Origin: an uncultured Clostridia bacterium
GTDB lineage: Bacteria; Bacillota; Clostridia; Christensenellales; UBA3700
Assembly: GCA_946615965.1 (NCBI GenBank)
Contig: CAMOIC010000003.1
Coordinates: forward strand, 1 to 63,192
Direction of reading: 5' to 3'
Length of the DNA: 63,192 bases
The notes under the pieces are model-generated. The model was not told the origin of the DNA. It saw only the letters and a list, made by a program, of their open reading frames with translations, and did no database searches. The translations under genes and the position numbers were made by a program. Position 1 is the first letter of the stretch. Each line of letters opens with the position of its first letter. Below, in pieces: positions 37,407-47,647 of the stretch.

Positions 37407-39353
37407 TTAGCCCTTAATTAGCGCGAAAAGTTGCGCCTCATCAATAATTTCAATGCCTAATTTCTTAGCCTTGTCTAGCTTAGAACCTGCGTCTTCGCCG
37501 GCTACTACTAAATTAACTGCTTTTGAAACAGAATCAAAACATGAACCACCATTAGCCTCAATCAGTTCTTTGGCTTGAGATCTCTTTAATGTTGGAAGTG
37601 ATCCTGTTAATACAACCTTCTTTCCAACTAAGGCACCTGATGCTACCGCCTTTTCTTCGATAACAACGCCCCTTTCAAGAAGGATATTTAAGTGTTCAAC
37701 ATTCTTTTCATTTTGGAAATAATCAACAACTCCTTGAGCCATAATATCTCCAAAATCTTCGATAGAAAGTAATTGTTCTTTTGTCGCTGCAATTACACCA
37801 TCTAAAGTCTTAAATTCATCAGCAAGTTGCTTAGCTGATTTCTTACCAATATTTGGAATTCCAATTGCAAATAAAAGCTTATCTAATGTTGTGTGTCTAC
37901 TATCTTGTATAGCCTTAATTGTATTAGAAATTTTCTTATCTTTGAATGAGTCAAGACCTGTTAGGTCTTCTTCTGTTAAAGAATAGATATCTGTATAGTT
38001 TGAAACCTTACCTTCTCTGTATAACAATTCTAGTGTTTTTTCAGACAAACCTTCTATGTCCATCGCGTCGCGTGACACAAAGTGTGACAACGCTGATATT
38101 ATAGCTGGAGCACAGTTCTTATTTGTGCATTTTACAAACACACCTTGCCACTCAACAGGAGAGCCACAAGCTGGACAAATTGTTGGAGCTTCTATCTCTT
38201 TAGAATCCTTTGTATGCTCAGCAATACCTGTGATTTCAGGAATTACATCATTTGATCTTCTGATGAAAACTCTACTATTAATTTTTATATCCTTTCTCTT
38301 AATTTCGCTAATGTTAGACAATGTTGCTCTAGAGACAGTAACACCTGCTAAATCTACAGGATCAAGAACAGCGATTGGATTTAATTTTCCAGTTCTAGAT
38401 ACTTGCCAAATTACATCTCTTAATGTAGTTGTAACTTCTTCTGCTGGGAACTTAAATGCAATAGCCCATTTTGGGAATTTTTCAGTAAATCCGTATTCTT
38501 CTCTTGTGTTAACATCGTTAATCTTAACAACAGCTCCATCGATTAAAAAGTCCAAATTTGGCCTCTTTTCAAGGATGTCATCAAGTCCTTGAAGTAGTTC
38601 ATCTTTAGTTGAAATTAGTCTATAAAAATCTGATGTTTTAAATTTATTTTCCTTAAGGAAATCTATCATTTCTTTTCCTGTTTGGAATCTAACACCAGGA
38701 ATATAATTTACGTTATAACAAATAACTTCTAACTTTCTTTCTGCAGTTACTTTTGGATCAAGATTTCTAATAGCTCCGGCAACACCATTTCTTGCGTTCT
38801 TTAATGGAGTAACATCCTCTCTTGCATTGTACTTTGCAAGTTCTGAAAGAAGCATAATTCCCTCTCCCTGAACTTCAAGTTGACCTTTGTAAGCAATAGA
38901 CAATGGTACACATCTAATGGTCTTAACTTGCTCTGTTACATCCTCACCTTCGATACCATTTCCTCTTGTTGCTGCTCTTACTAATTTGCCATCTTCATAT
39001 AACATATTGATGGTTAAACCATCAAACTTGTATTCTAGACTTACTTCAGGCATCTTGTTATGGTTAGCTGAAATTAGCTTATCTAACCACTCATTCATAG
39101 CTTCTTTAGTTTGACATTTATCTAAAGAATATAGCCTTCCTAAGTGCTTTACTGTATTAAACTTTTTTAGGACTACATCGCCAACTCTCTTTGTAGGAGA
39201 ATCATCAAGGACCACACCACTTGCCTTTTCTAAAGCCAATAACTCGTCATATAATCTATCGTATTCAACGTCTGAAACGGTTGGATTATCTAAAGTGTAA
39301 TATTGATAAGCATATTCGTTTAATTGCTTTACAAGCTCGTGCATTCTATCCAT
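37407..39353 (-). CDS. ligA: NAD-dependent DNA ligase
   Basis: EYKFDG, RG.G..GEDVT, SRTGK, C4 zinc finger and C-terminal BRCT. Confidence 0.97.
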   Translation of the reverse strand: MDRMHELVKQLNEYAYQYYTLDNPTVSDVEYDRLYDELLALEKASGVVLDDSPTKRVGDVVLKKFNTVKHLGRLYSLDKCQTKEAMNEWLDKLISANHNKMPEVSLEYKFDGLTINMLYEDGKLVRAATRGNGIEGEDVTEQVKTIRCVPLSIAYKGQLEVQGEGIMLLSELAKYNAREDVTPLKNARNGVAGAIRNLDPKVTAERKLEVICYNVNYIPGVRFQTGKEMIDFLKENKFKTSDFYRLISTKDELLQGLDDILEKRPNLDFLIDGAVVKINDVNTREEYGFTEKFPKWAIAFKFPAEEVTTTLRDVIWQVSRTGKLNPIAVLDPVDLAGVTVSRATLSNISEIKRKDIKINSRVFIRRSNDVIPEITGIAEHTKDSKEIEAPTICPACGSPVEWQGVFVKCTNKNCAPAIISALSHFVSRDAMDIEGLSEKTLELLYREGKVSNYTDIYSLTEEDLTGLDSFKDKKISNTIKAIQDSRHTTLDKLLFAIGIPNIGKKSAKQLADEFKTLDGVIAATKEQLLSIEDFGDIMAQGVVDYFQNEKNVEHLNILLERGVVIEEKAVASGALVGKKVVLTGSLPTLKRSQAKELIEANGGSCFDSVSKAVNLVVAGEDAGSKLDKAKKLGIEIIDEAQLFALIKG

Positions 39354-39365
39354 AATCTTTTCCCC

Positions 39366-41558
39366 TTATTCTATCCTTGTTATTGGCGCTAATCGAAGAT
39401 TAAACTTCTTTACACCTAGTCCTTCAAACTTAATATCTGCATTTTCACCAGTAATCTCTAAAATTACGCCCTCACCAAATCTTGTATGATTAACTTTTTG
39501 GCCGACTTTAAATCCTGAAATATCTTTACTTGAACCACTAATATTTGGAGATGGCTTTGCAAAAGCAGGTGTTGGCTTTGCCACCTTTAAGAAATCTAAT
39601 TTCTTTGCTCTTGTGTATATATCGTCATCGTCAATAGATATAAACTTAGTACGATTAATAAGTTCGGCTTCCTTTAAGAATGTCGATGGAACTGATCTTT
39701 CACGCTTTCCAAATCTAAATCTTGATGAGGCATATGTTGTATATAATCTTTCCATTGCTCTTGTTACAGCAACGTACATAATTCTTCTTTCTTCTTCAAG
39801 GTCACTTTCCGATTCAGCTCTCAATATTGGGAATAAACCATCCTCAAGTCCAACTATAAATACAACCTTGAATTCTAGACCCTTTACACCATGAACAGTT
39901 GCCAAAGTTAATACATTAGTATTAAGAGGGTCGTCTTTATCATCAGATGCAACAAGTGTGACAGATTGCAAATACTCAGATAAAGATACGTTTGGATTGT
40001 CTTTTACAAACTCTTTTACAGAAGTTAATAATTGGTCAATATTCTCTAATCTATCTAAGTCTTCTTCCTTTTCTTTATCATATACTTGAGTGAAATCTAC
40101 AACCTCATTTACATAGTCAAACAAATCGTCTAATGGTAAATCAAGCTTACTTGTTATTGCATTTACAACAGAAGCAAACAATGCCATTTTAGACTCTATA
40201 GCCTTTGGAAGATTTAAAGAAGGAAGTACTCTAATACCCTCTAATAAACTTAGTCCCCTTGCCTGACATGCTTCTCTTAACTTCTCAATTGCGCCATCGC
40301 CAATACCACGTTTTGGTAAATTAATAATTCTAAGCAAATTCTCTTCATCTTTTGGATTTGCCATAATTTGCAAATAAGCTAAGAAATCTTTGATTTCTTT
40401 TCTATCATAGAATTTATGTCCACCAATCAATCTGTACGGGATACTATACAAGTTTAATTTCTCTTCAAATGGTCTTGTAATAGACGATGTTCTGACAAGT
40501 ATAGCAAAGTCCTTTGGCTCGTAATTGTTATGCTTTATAAGACCGTTAATTTGGCCTAAAACATAATCTGCTTCTTCCATTTCGTCATAGCATTCTTTAC
40601 ACTCTACTCTAACGCCATCTGCAGAATCAGTCCATAAAGTCTTTCCCATTCTTTGAGTATTAACTTCAATGATTTTATTAGCGACATTTAATATGTTTTT
40701 TGTAGATCTATAATTGCGTTGTAATTTAAATACTTGGCAACCAGCAAATTGCTCTTTGAACTTCTTAATATTTGTATAGTCAGCACCACGCCATCCGTAG
40801 ATACTTTGATCATCATCACCAACCACGAAAACGTTTTGATATTTCATACCAAGCATTCTTAAAAGTAGGTATTGGATTTTGTTTGTATCTTGGAATTCAT
40901 CTACGTGAATATACTTATATTTTTCTTGATATTTATATAGAACTTCAGGGTGATTTACAAACAATTTTACTACTAAAAGTAGTAAATCATCGAAATCTAC
41001 AGCGTTATTCTTTTCAAGTTGTTCTTGATAATCCGCATATGCTCTAACTATTAAATCGCCTCTTGGATTCAACATAATTCTAGACCTATATTGGATAGGA
41101 TCAAAACCATAATTCTTTGCATATGATATATGTGATCTTACTTCTTTAACAAGGCTCTTCTTTTTATCATCCTCAAGCTCATATCCTTTTAAAATTCTTG
41201 TTACAAGCTTGTTTGAATTATCGTCGTCATATATTGAGAAGTTCTTAGTATAAACACCTAATGCTTCTATATCTTGTCTTAGAATTCTTGTACAGAACGA
41301 GTGGAAAGTAGAAATTTGAAGTCCTGTATAACCCGTAACCTTTTCTATTCTTTCTTGCATCTCTTTTGCGGCCTTATTTGTAAATGTAATAGCAAGTATT
41401 GAATAAGGACTTACACCTTTCTCAATTAAGTGTGCAATTCTATATGTTAAGACTCTTGTCTTACCACTTCCTGCACCTGCTAAAACTAATACTGGACCTT
41501 CTGTACAATAAACAGGTTTTAACTGTTCTTCATTTAACAATTTTTCGTAATCTATCAT
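39366..41558 (-). CDS. pcrA: ATP-dependent DNA helicase PcrA/UvrD
   Basis: AGAGSGKT, DEFQDTN, VGDDDQSIY.WRGA and EERR..YVA.TRA motifs. Confidence 0.95.
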   Translation of the reverse strand: MIDYEKLLNEEQLKPVYCTEGPVLVLAGAGSGKTRVLTYRIAHLIEKGVSPYSILAITFTNKAAKEMQERIEKVTGYTGLQISTFHSFCTRILRQDIEALGVYTKNFSIYDDDNSNKLVTRILKGYELEDDKKKSLVKEVRSHISYAKNYGFDPIQYRSRIMLNPRGDLIVRAYADYQEQLEKNNAVDFDDLLLLVVKLFVNHPEVLYKYQEKYKYIHVDEFQDTNKIQYLLLRMLGMKYQNVFVVGDDDQSIYGWRGADYTNIKKFKEQFAGCQVFKLQRNYRSTKNILNVANKIIEVNTQRMGKTLWTDSADGVRVECKECYDEMEEADYVLGQINGLIKHNNYEPKDFAILVRTSSITRPFEEKLNLYSIPYRLIGGHKFYDRKEIKDFLAYLQIMANPKDEENLLRIINLPKRGIGDGAIEKLREACQARGLSLLEGIRVLPSLNLPKAIESKMALFASVVNAITSKLDLPLDDLFDYVNEVVDFTQVYDKEKEEDLDRLENIDQLLTSVKEFVKDNPNVSLSEYLQSVTLVASDDKDDPLNTNVLTLATVHGVKGLEFKVVFIVGLEDGLFPILRAESESDLEEERRIMYVAVTRAMERLYTTYASSRFRFGKRERSVPSTFLKEAELINRTKFISIDDDDIYTRAKKLDFLKVAKPTPAFAKPSPNISGSSKDISGFKVGQKVNHTRFGEGVILEITGENADIKFEGLGVKKFNLRLAPITRIE

Positions 41559-41614
41559 AACATTGAATATTATAACATAACCATGTTAATTAAACTATGT
41601 TTAAAATGGTGATT

Positions 41615-42400
41615 TTAATAATTTCTTTTAGCATTAAAAAGATACTGCTGAGCAATACCTGAAAGATCCCCAAATTCTCTTAAAAGATTCTCTCTCATTT
41701 TTATAGGAGAAACCTCTTCGTTGAATAAATCTAGATATATTTTTTTAACCCAAGTATCTACTGGAAAAACATCAAAACGATTATAACCAAATAATAGTAT
41801 ACAATCAGCAACTTTTGGTCCAACACCAGGCAATGTCATAAGATACTTTTTTGCATCCTCAGTGCTTAGTTTATAAACATAGTTTATATCGAACTCTCCA
41901 CTGGCAATTTTCTTTGCAGTATCTAAGATGTAAGGAGCTCTGTATCCAAGCCCTACTGATTTATAAAAATCTACGCTTTGTGATGCAAACGCATTCACTG
42001 TCGGAAACGCAGCATTAACGCCAAGCTTTAAGCAAAGTCTAGAAATAATACCCTTGATTCTTGGGATGTTATTATTAGCCGAGATAATAAACGATATTAT
42101 CATTTCAAATGGGTCTTGCTTTAAAATTCTAATTGTTGGACTACTAGGTATACAATTCTTTAACTTTTCATTTGCTCTCAAAGTGTTTAAATAAGCATTG
42201 TAGTCATCATTAAGAGCAAAGAAGTTGTAAAAATAATTCTCATCATCTGACTCTAAAACATAACAATCATTGCACTCTTTTATAGTGCAATATTTATCTA
42301 AAGAATACACCTCATATCCCCCTTTGATTGGGATATATCTAAATATTTGGCCGCATTCTAAAGTTTGCTTAATATCGATGTCGTTTTTAGAGATTTTCAT
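41615..42400 (-). CDS. 8-oxoguanine DNA glycosylase (HhH-GPD, clostridial Ogg type)
   Basis: TLECGQ.FR, SANNNI.RI and LPGVGPKVADC...FPVDTW motifs. Start refined to 42400. Confidence 0.88.
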   Translation of the reverse strand: MKISKNDIDIKQTLECGQIFRYIPIKGGYEVYSLDKYCTIKECNDCYVLESDDENYFYNFFALNDDYNAYLNTLRANEKLKNCIPSSPTIRILKQDPFEMIISFIISANNNIPRIKGIISRLCLKLGVNAAFPTVNAFASQSVDFYKSVGLGYRAPYILDTAKKIASGEFDINYVYKLSTEDAKKYLMTLPGVGPKVADCILLFGYNRFDVFPVDTWVKKIYLDLFNEEVSPIKMRENLLREFGDLSGIAQQYLFNAKRNY

Positions 42401-42427
42401 AAATAAATTATATAAAAATGGCACGAA

Positions 42428-42453
42428 AAAAGCACCTATTTTCAGGTGCTTTT
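42428..42453 (-). terminator. Terminator after rpsU
   Basis: AAAAGCACCT/AGGTGCTTTT stem with an A-run on the left. Confidence 0.75.
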
Positions 42454-42465
42454 GAGTTCGTCTTA

Positions 42466-42645
42466 TTATGACTTGTACATTCTCTTACGAGCCTCTTCAG
42501 ATTTTTCCTTACGCTTAACGCTTGGCTTCTTGTATTCTTGACGATTACGGATTTCCTTAATGATACCATCACGACCGATCTTTCTCTTGAATCTCTTGAT
42601 AGCGCTATCTAAGCTTTCATTTTCTCCAACCTTAACTGTTGCCAT
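42466..42645 (-). CDS. rpsU: 30S ribosomal protein S21 (absent from the ORF track, 59 aa)
   Basis: Manual translation: MATVKVGENESLDSAIKRFKRKIGRDGIIKEIRNRQEYKKPSVKRKEKSEEARKRMYKS. SD AAGGAGG and a TTGACA-17-TAAATT promoter are present. Confidence 0.96.
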   Translation of the reverse strand: MATVKVGENESLDSAIKRFKRKIGRDGIIKEIRNRQEYKKPSVKRKEKSEEARKRMYKS

Positions 42646-42736
42646 GTCCTTTTTTCGCCTCCTTCCTCTGAATAGGTAATAATCAATTTAACATTTAATA
42701 ATTTATATTAAAGAAAAAGAAATGTCAAACAATTTT

Positions 42737-43405
42737 TTAGTTTCTTCTTTGTTTTCTGATTATCTTCCAGTTTGGATAGTAGGTATCTAGGATCTTTTTA
42801 AAATTATCTCCATGGTTTGGAACTTTTATATGTGCTATCTCATGACAGATAACGTAATCTATGAAATCATAATTCTTTTTGGCAAGATTTAAAGCAAAAC
42901 AAATACGATGTGTTTTTGTATTACAAGTACCCCATCTAGACTTCATATCTCTTATATAAAAGTTTGAAGAATAAAGGTTCATTTTCTTTTCCCATATTGG
43001 TACATTTTCATCTAAATATTCTTGAAGAACTTTTCTAAGAAAAGTTAAATACACTTTTTCGACATTTGCCTCACTCTTTACGTGAACAACAATTTCACCC
43101 TCTTTCACATCAACTCTTTCTCTTTTGTCTAGAGCCACTTTTAAAACATATTCATCGCCAAATAAATGAACTAGTTCTCCATCTTTATAGTTTTCTATAA
43201 CAGGAACTTTCTTTTCATTATCTGATTGCTTTTTTCTAATCCAATCAATCTTAGATTCAACAAATCTTTTAATTTGATTCTCTGACATGATATAAGGCGC
43301 AGAAATCTTAACTTGATTGTTTTTATCAAGTCTAATATATAAATTCTTTATCCTTTTGCGTTCAATCGGAATATTTAGTTCCTGAACTTGAATATAGCTA
43401 TTCAT
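42737..43405 (-). CDS. YgjP/DUF45 (M48-like, SprT-like) zinc metallohydrolase
   Basis: RKRIKNL, M.SRWG.C and YVICHEIAH...NH motifs. Confidence 0.88.
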   Translation of the reverse strand: MNSYIQVQELNIPIERKRIKNLYIRLDKNNQVKISAPYIMSENQIKRFVESKIDWIRKKQSDNEKKVPVIENYKDGELVHLFGDEYVLKVALDKRERVDVKEGEIVVHVKSEANVEKVYLTFLRKVLQEYLDENVPIWEKKMNLYSSNFYIRDMKSRWGTCNTKTHRICFALNLAKKNYDFIDYVICHEIAHIKVPNHGDNFKKILDTYYPNWKIIRKQRRN

Positions 43406-43757
43406 TCCCCATTTCCTTATTAATCCAGTCCATTATCAAATCAACTGCAAAATCAACTTGTTTATTTGTCATTTCACTTCCTTTTGGAATATGATGCCAT
43501 TTCTCTAAACAATCTCTACAGCAACAAGCACAGGCATGTTGAGCTACAAATACAGGATGGCCCCTCATTGGAGTTTGTTTTCCATCGTTTGGTATTACTT
43601 TAGGAGCTAGTCTCTTGTTTATAAAATCATAGGCATGAGATCTGATCGTCTCAATGCCCTTTGTATTTATATACTCTTTGTCTTTGTTAGATAAATGAAA
43701 TCTTGCTCTAAATGGAGAAGATTTTAATCTATACAAGATCTCTTCATTGTTTGTCAT
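43398..43757 (-). CDS. DUF4186 family protein
   Basis: FRARFHL, RLAP...NDGKQTPM.GHPVF.AQHA...CCR.CL.KWH motifs. Confidence 0.85.
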   Translation of the reverse strand: MTNNEEILYRLKSSPFRARFHLSNKDKEYINTKGIETIRSHAYDFINKRLAPKVIPNDGKQTPMRGHPVFVAQHACACCCRDCLEKWHHIPKGSEMTNKQVDFAVDLIMDWINKEMGNE

Positions 43758-44293
43758 TAATCTACTAAATCAGCGAAGTCGAATTTTTTAAATTCGTTTC
43801 TTGTAAATCTATGATACTCAGGCATACCAAAATCAAAATGAATAATATAAATATTATTATTTGGAATTCCATCTTTAAAATAGATTACATTTTGTTCCTC
43901 ATCATCTATTAGAGCTTCCTTGCAAACATAATTCTTTGAATACTTTGAAAATACTTCTTTAACATCATCTAGTGTACAAGGAACTTTCTTTATTGTTTGA
44001 ATGAAATCTTCTAGGAATTTATTCTCAACGTTTTCATGAATATATCTAACGCCTTCTTTTGGAATTGTTATACACAATCTGCCATTGTCTAATTTTATTT
44101 GAACCTCACCTAAAACAGATCCACTTAGAGATTGTATTAATTCAATCATTTCTTTTTCGTTTAAAGATGCATCAATCATTCTGTTTAAAGATTCTAGTGG
44201 ATAATACATACTAAATGCCATAGGTGCATAACCAACTTTTATCTCAGCCTCTTTTACTATATCTATAAAATTTTGTAATAAAATTTCTTTCAT
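43757..44293 (-). CDS. DUF3877-like protein
   Basis: 'D..KE...K.GY......YYPL.SLN', with C-terminal 'Y.HRF...D'. Confidence 0.65.
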   Translation of the reverse strand: MKEILLQNFIDIVKEAEIKVGYAPMAFSMYYPLESLNRMIDASLNEKEMIELIQSLSGSVLGEVQIKLDNGRLCITIPKEGVRYIHENVENKFLEDFIQTIKKVPCTLDDVKEVFSKYSKNYVCKEALIDDEEQNVIYFKDGIPNNNIYIIHFDFGMPEYHRFTRNEFKKFDFADLVD

Positions 44294-44345
44294 TATTCAC
44301 CTCAATAAAATAATACACCATTTATTAGTCGCTATCCATAATAAA

Positions 44346-44373
44346 TAAAAAATGGCACACATAAAGTGTGCCA
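44346..44373 (-). terminator. Terminator after the HIT gene
   Basis: TGGCACAC/GTGTGCCA stem with an A-run to the left. Confidence 0.7.
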
Positions 44374-44394
44374 AAGAATTATCCTAATTATCTA

Positions 44395-44742
44395 TTAACC
44401 CATTTTATCTGTAAGCTTTTCGCCGCCAAGTAAATGAAAATGTAAATGATGTACAGATTGGCCACCCCAATCTCCTGTATTTGCAACAACTCTAAAACCT
44501 TCTTTTAGGTTTAACTTTTCTAGAGCAATTGTTGTAGATAATATCTTTAATCCTTTACCAATCTTTACAGCTCTTTCATCATTTAATTCTGTCAAGTTTG
44601 CATAATGCTCTTTTGGAATCATTAAATAATGAACTTTTGGTTCTGGATTAATATCCTTTATAACGATAAAATCCTCATCTTCATATAGCTTGTTTACAGG
44701 TATTTCACCCTTTACCATTTTGCAAAATAAACAATCGCACAT
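44395..44742 (-). CDS. Histidine triad (HIT) nucleotide-binding protein
   Basis: CLFC, DINP....H.L.IPK.H and GQSVHHLHFH motifs. Start refined to ATG 44742. Confidence 0.93.
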   Translation of the reverse strand: MCDCLFCKMVKGEIPVNKLYEDEDFIVIKDINPEPKVHYLMIPKEHYANLTELNDERAVKIGKGLKILSTTIALEKLNLKEGFRVVANTGDWGGQSVHHLHFHLLGGEKLTDKMG

Positions 44743-44743
44743 A

Positions 44744-45988
44744 TTATTCACCTACCTTACCAATAATTGTATCACAATCAATTGATTCTGCTACGACTTT
44801 TATTATCTCGTTTTCTTTAGCATTCTTGACTTTTACTCTGATGTATTCTCTTGAATAACCTGCGTAATAGTCACCTTCTTTTTCTTCGATTAGTACTTCA
44901 AGTTCTTTGCCAAGCATAGATTGCAAATAATCATGCTTTGTTTTTAATGCAACTTCTTGAGCTCTTTTACATCTTTCTTTTGAAATCTCACCATTTATTG
45001 GCTTCATTTTTGCAGCAACAGTACCTTCTCTTTTTGAGTATGGGAAAATATGGACTTGAGAGAATTTAACTTCTTTTAAGAAGTTAAGAGTGTTTTCAAA
45101 TTCCTCTTCTGTTTCTGTTGGGAATGCACATATTAAATCTGTTGTAACACCAGCATCTTTAAAATACTTTCTAACAAGATTTACCTTATCTAAATATTGA
45201 GCTGTTGTATATTTTCTATTCATCTTCTTAAGAACAGAATCATCTCCACTTTGCAAAGATAAATGGAATTGAGGACAGAATGCCTTTAACTCAGATAATG
45301 CTTTTAGTAAATCATCTGTAATTAGGTTAGCTTCAAGAGAGCTTAATCTAATTCTACAATTGATATCTTTTAAGGCTTTAATTAGCTCTACAAAGTTTGT
45401 GCCAATATCTTTTCCATAATCAGAAACATCTACGCCTGTTATAACGATTTCTTTAGTTTCTTTTTCAAGTCTTTGACACTCTTTAACTACAGATTCTATC
45501 TTTCTACTTCTTGATCTTCCTCTAACATAAGGAATTAGACAATATGAACAGAATTTATTACATCCATCTTGAACTTTAACATAAGCTCTAGTTCTTTCAA
45601 TTGTTGATGCAAAATCATCCTCATAAACTTTAGATATTTCAGCAACATCAACACCAACCTTTTCAAAAGAATTTGCAAGTGTCATTTTGTTCGCTGTACC
45701 TATTACATAGGTAACATTATCTTTTTCTATAAATTGAGCTGGATTATGTTCAGAAGCACAACCGCATACATATACTTTAGCGTTGCTATTAAACTTTAGG
45801 CATCTTTCAACACATTGTCTTGACTTTCTTTCTGCTTCATTTGTTACAGCACAAGTGTTTAGAATATAGCAATCTGCTTCTTCTAATTCTTCACTAACAA
45901 TATGTCCTTTTTCTCTTAATACTTTAGTTATAGAGTCACATTCATATTGATTAACTTTACAACCAAGATTATATACAACTATTTTCAT
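44744..45988 (-). CDS. mtaB: tRNA t6A37 methylthiotransferase
   Basis: NLGCKVNQYE, NTCAVT, VQDGC...CSYC and HIFPYS.R.GT motifs, with synteny to rsmE. Confidence 0.93.
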   Translation of the reverse strand: MKIVVYNLGCKVNQYECDSITKVLREKGHIVSEELEEADCYILNTCAVTNEAERKSRQCVERCLKFNSNAKVYVCGCASEHNPAQFIEKDNVTYVIGTANKMTLANSFEKVGVDVAEISKVYEDDFASTIERTRAYVKVQDGCNKFCSYCLIPYVRGRSRSRKIESVVKECQRLEKETKEIVITGVDVSDYGKDIGTNFVELIKALKDINCRIRLSSLEANLITDDLLKALSELKAFCPQFHLSLQSGDDSVLKKMNRKYTTAQYLDKVNLVRKYFKDAGVTTDLICAFPTETEEEFENTLNFLKEVKFSQVHIFPYSKREGTVAAKMKPINGEISKERCKRAQEVALKTKHDYLQSMLGKELEVLIEEKEGDYYAGYSREYIRVKVKNAKENEIIKVVAESIDCDTIIGKVGE

Positions 45989-46713
45989 TTTGAAAGCTCG
46001 CCTAATTCGTACATTACTAATGTTTGTGCAACAATAGCTGCAGTTTCACATCTTAAAATTCTCTTTCCAAGAGAAACTATCTTCGCCTTTTGTTTTTTAG
46101 CCTTTGCTACTTCTTCTTCTGAGAAGCCACCTTCAGAACCAATTATGATACCAATAGATTCTGCTTCTTTTAATTTTCTAATGCTAGAAATCTTTCCAAC
46201 AGTAGCATGCTCATAAGGCATTATTAAAATATCGTTTTTAGCAGCATCTTCAAGCATTTCATCAAAAGATATTAAATCTCCGATTTCAGGAAGTAATGCT
46301 CTTCCACATTGCTTACATGCTTCCATTCCAATTTTTTCTAATCGTTGTTTATTAAACTTTGTTTCGTTTGTATATTGAGATAAGAATGGTTGGATTTTAT
46401 ATACACCAAGTTCAACACACTTTTGTGTTAATAAATCTAGTTTATCTCCCTTTGGTAATGCTTGATATAAAGTAATCTTGCATTCTGGCATTGTTTCGTT
46501 TCTTTCTACACATTCAATTAATGCCTCAGCGGAGTTCTTGTTTATCTTTATAAGTTTGCATCTATAATCTACGCCATCATTCATACATACGATTAATTCA
46601 TAACCAACTTTATAACGAAGAACTTTTACCATATGAGTAAATTGTTCTCCCTCAATTGTTATTTTTGTATCATATGCTGCTTCTTTAGGCACAAAAAATC
46701 TTCTTATTTCCAT
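45985..46713 (-). CDS. rsmE: 16S rRNA (U1498) methyltransferase
   Basis: H...VLR, QK..ELGV, IG.EGGFS and LG.RILR.ETA motifs. Confidence 0.95.
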   Translation of the reverse strand: MEIRRFFVPKEAAYDTKITIEGEQFTHMVKVLRYKVGYELIVCMNDGVDYRCKLIKINKNSAEALIECVERNETMPECKITLYQALPKGDKLDLLTQKCVELGVYKIQPFLSQYTNETKFNKQRLEKIGMEACKQCGRALLPEIGDLISFDEMLEDAAKNDILIMPYEHATVGKISSIRKLKEAESIGIIIGSEGGFSEEEVAKAKKQKAKIVSLGKRILRCETAAIVAQTLVMYELGELSK

Positions 46714-46714
46714 C

Positions 46715-47647
46715 TTACAAAGATAACTTAAAAGCTACCCATTCTCCTAAATTCTTTCTTTCTATAACCTTGAATCCTAATGATTTAAATACAGTAATTA
46801 CTTCGTCTTCTAATGATGTTAAAATTCCACTGATGATTATAATACCATTTTGATTAACATATCTTCTTAAATCTTTTGCAAGCATTTTAAGAACTTCTGA
46901 TGTTATATTTGCTAATACTATATCAAATTTATTCTCCACTTTGGCAAGTAGATTTGAGTTATCTATTTTAATATATTTATCAAAATTATTATATTTAGCA
47001 TTATTTCTAGCAGCATCTACAGCAACATCATCGATGTCATATGCTTCAACATTTGTTGCTCCTAACGCAACTGCCGCTAATGCTAATATGCCTGATCCTG
47101 TACCAACATCAACTATCTTCTTATCCTTTAAATCCAACTCTTCTAAGAAGCTTAAACACATTCTAGTTGATTCATGTTGACCAGATCCAAATGCCATTCC
47201 TGGATCCATTTTAATTATTACTTCGTCGTCTTGTTTTTCATAATTAATCCAGTTTGGAACAATAACAACTTTTCCAGCTTTAATTGGCTTATATGTTTTC
47301 TTCCAATTCTCCCACCAAATATCTGGATCAACTTCATCTACAATAACTTCTAATGAACCTAAATTAAATGGACTATTACTCTTTAAATTATCAAGTCTTT
47401 CTCTTACTAAATTAAGTACTCGTTTTTCATCTTTAATTTCGCAATAAGCTTTTACTTTTACAACCTTATTTTTTAGCAATTCTTCTGTTGAAATATCATA
47501 TAAAGTTTTGTCGTCTTTAACGAAATCTACTATATCTTTGGTATCATAGATACCAACTCCTTGAGAAGAAACGTCGTATAAGATATCTGCAACAAGCTCA
47601 CTTCCTTCAGTTGTAGTATCGATGGTTATCTCTTTAATTTTAGCCAT
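46715..47647 (-). CDS. prmA: Ribosomal protein L11 methyltransferase
   Basis: W...WK, DPGMAFG.G.HEST, DVGTGSGIL and ANI motifs. Confidence 0.95.
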   Translation of the reverse strand: MAKIKEITIDTTTEGSELVADILYDVSSQGVGIYDTKDIVDFVKDDKTLYDISTEELLKNKVVKVKAYCEIKDEKRVLNLVRERLDNLKSNSPFNLGSLEVIVDEVDPDIWWENWKKTYKPIKAGKVVIVPNWINYEKQDDEVIIKMDPGMAFGSGQHESTRMCLSFLEELDLKDKKIVDVGTGSGILALAAVALGATNVEAYDIDDVAVDAARNNAKYNNFDKYIKIDNSNLLAKVENKFDIVLANITSEVLKMLAKDLRRYVNQNGIIIISGILTSLEDEVITVFKSLGFKVIERKNLGEWVAFKLSL

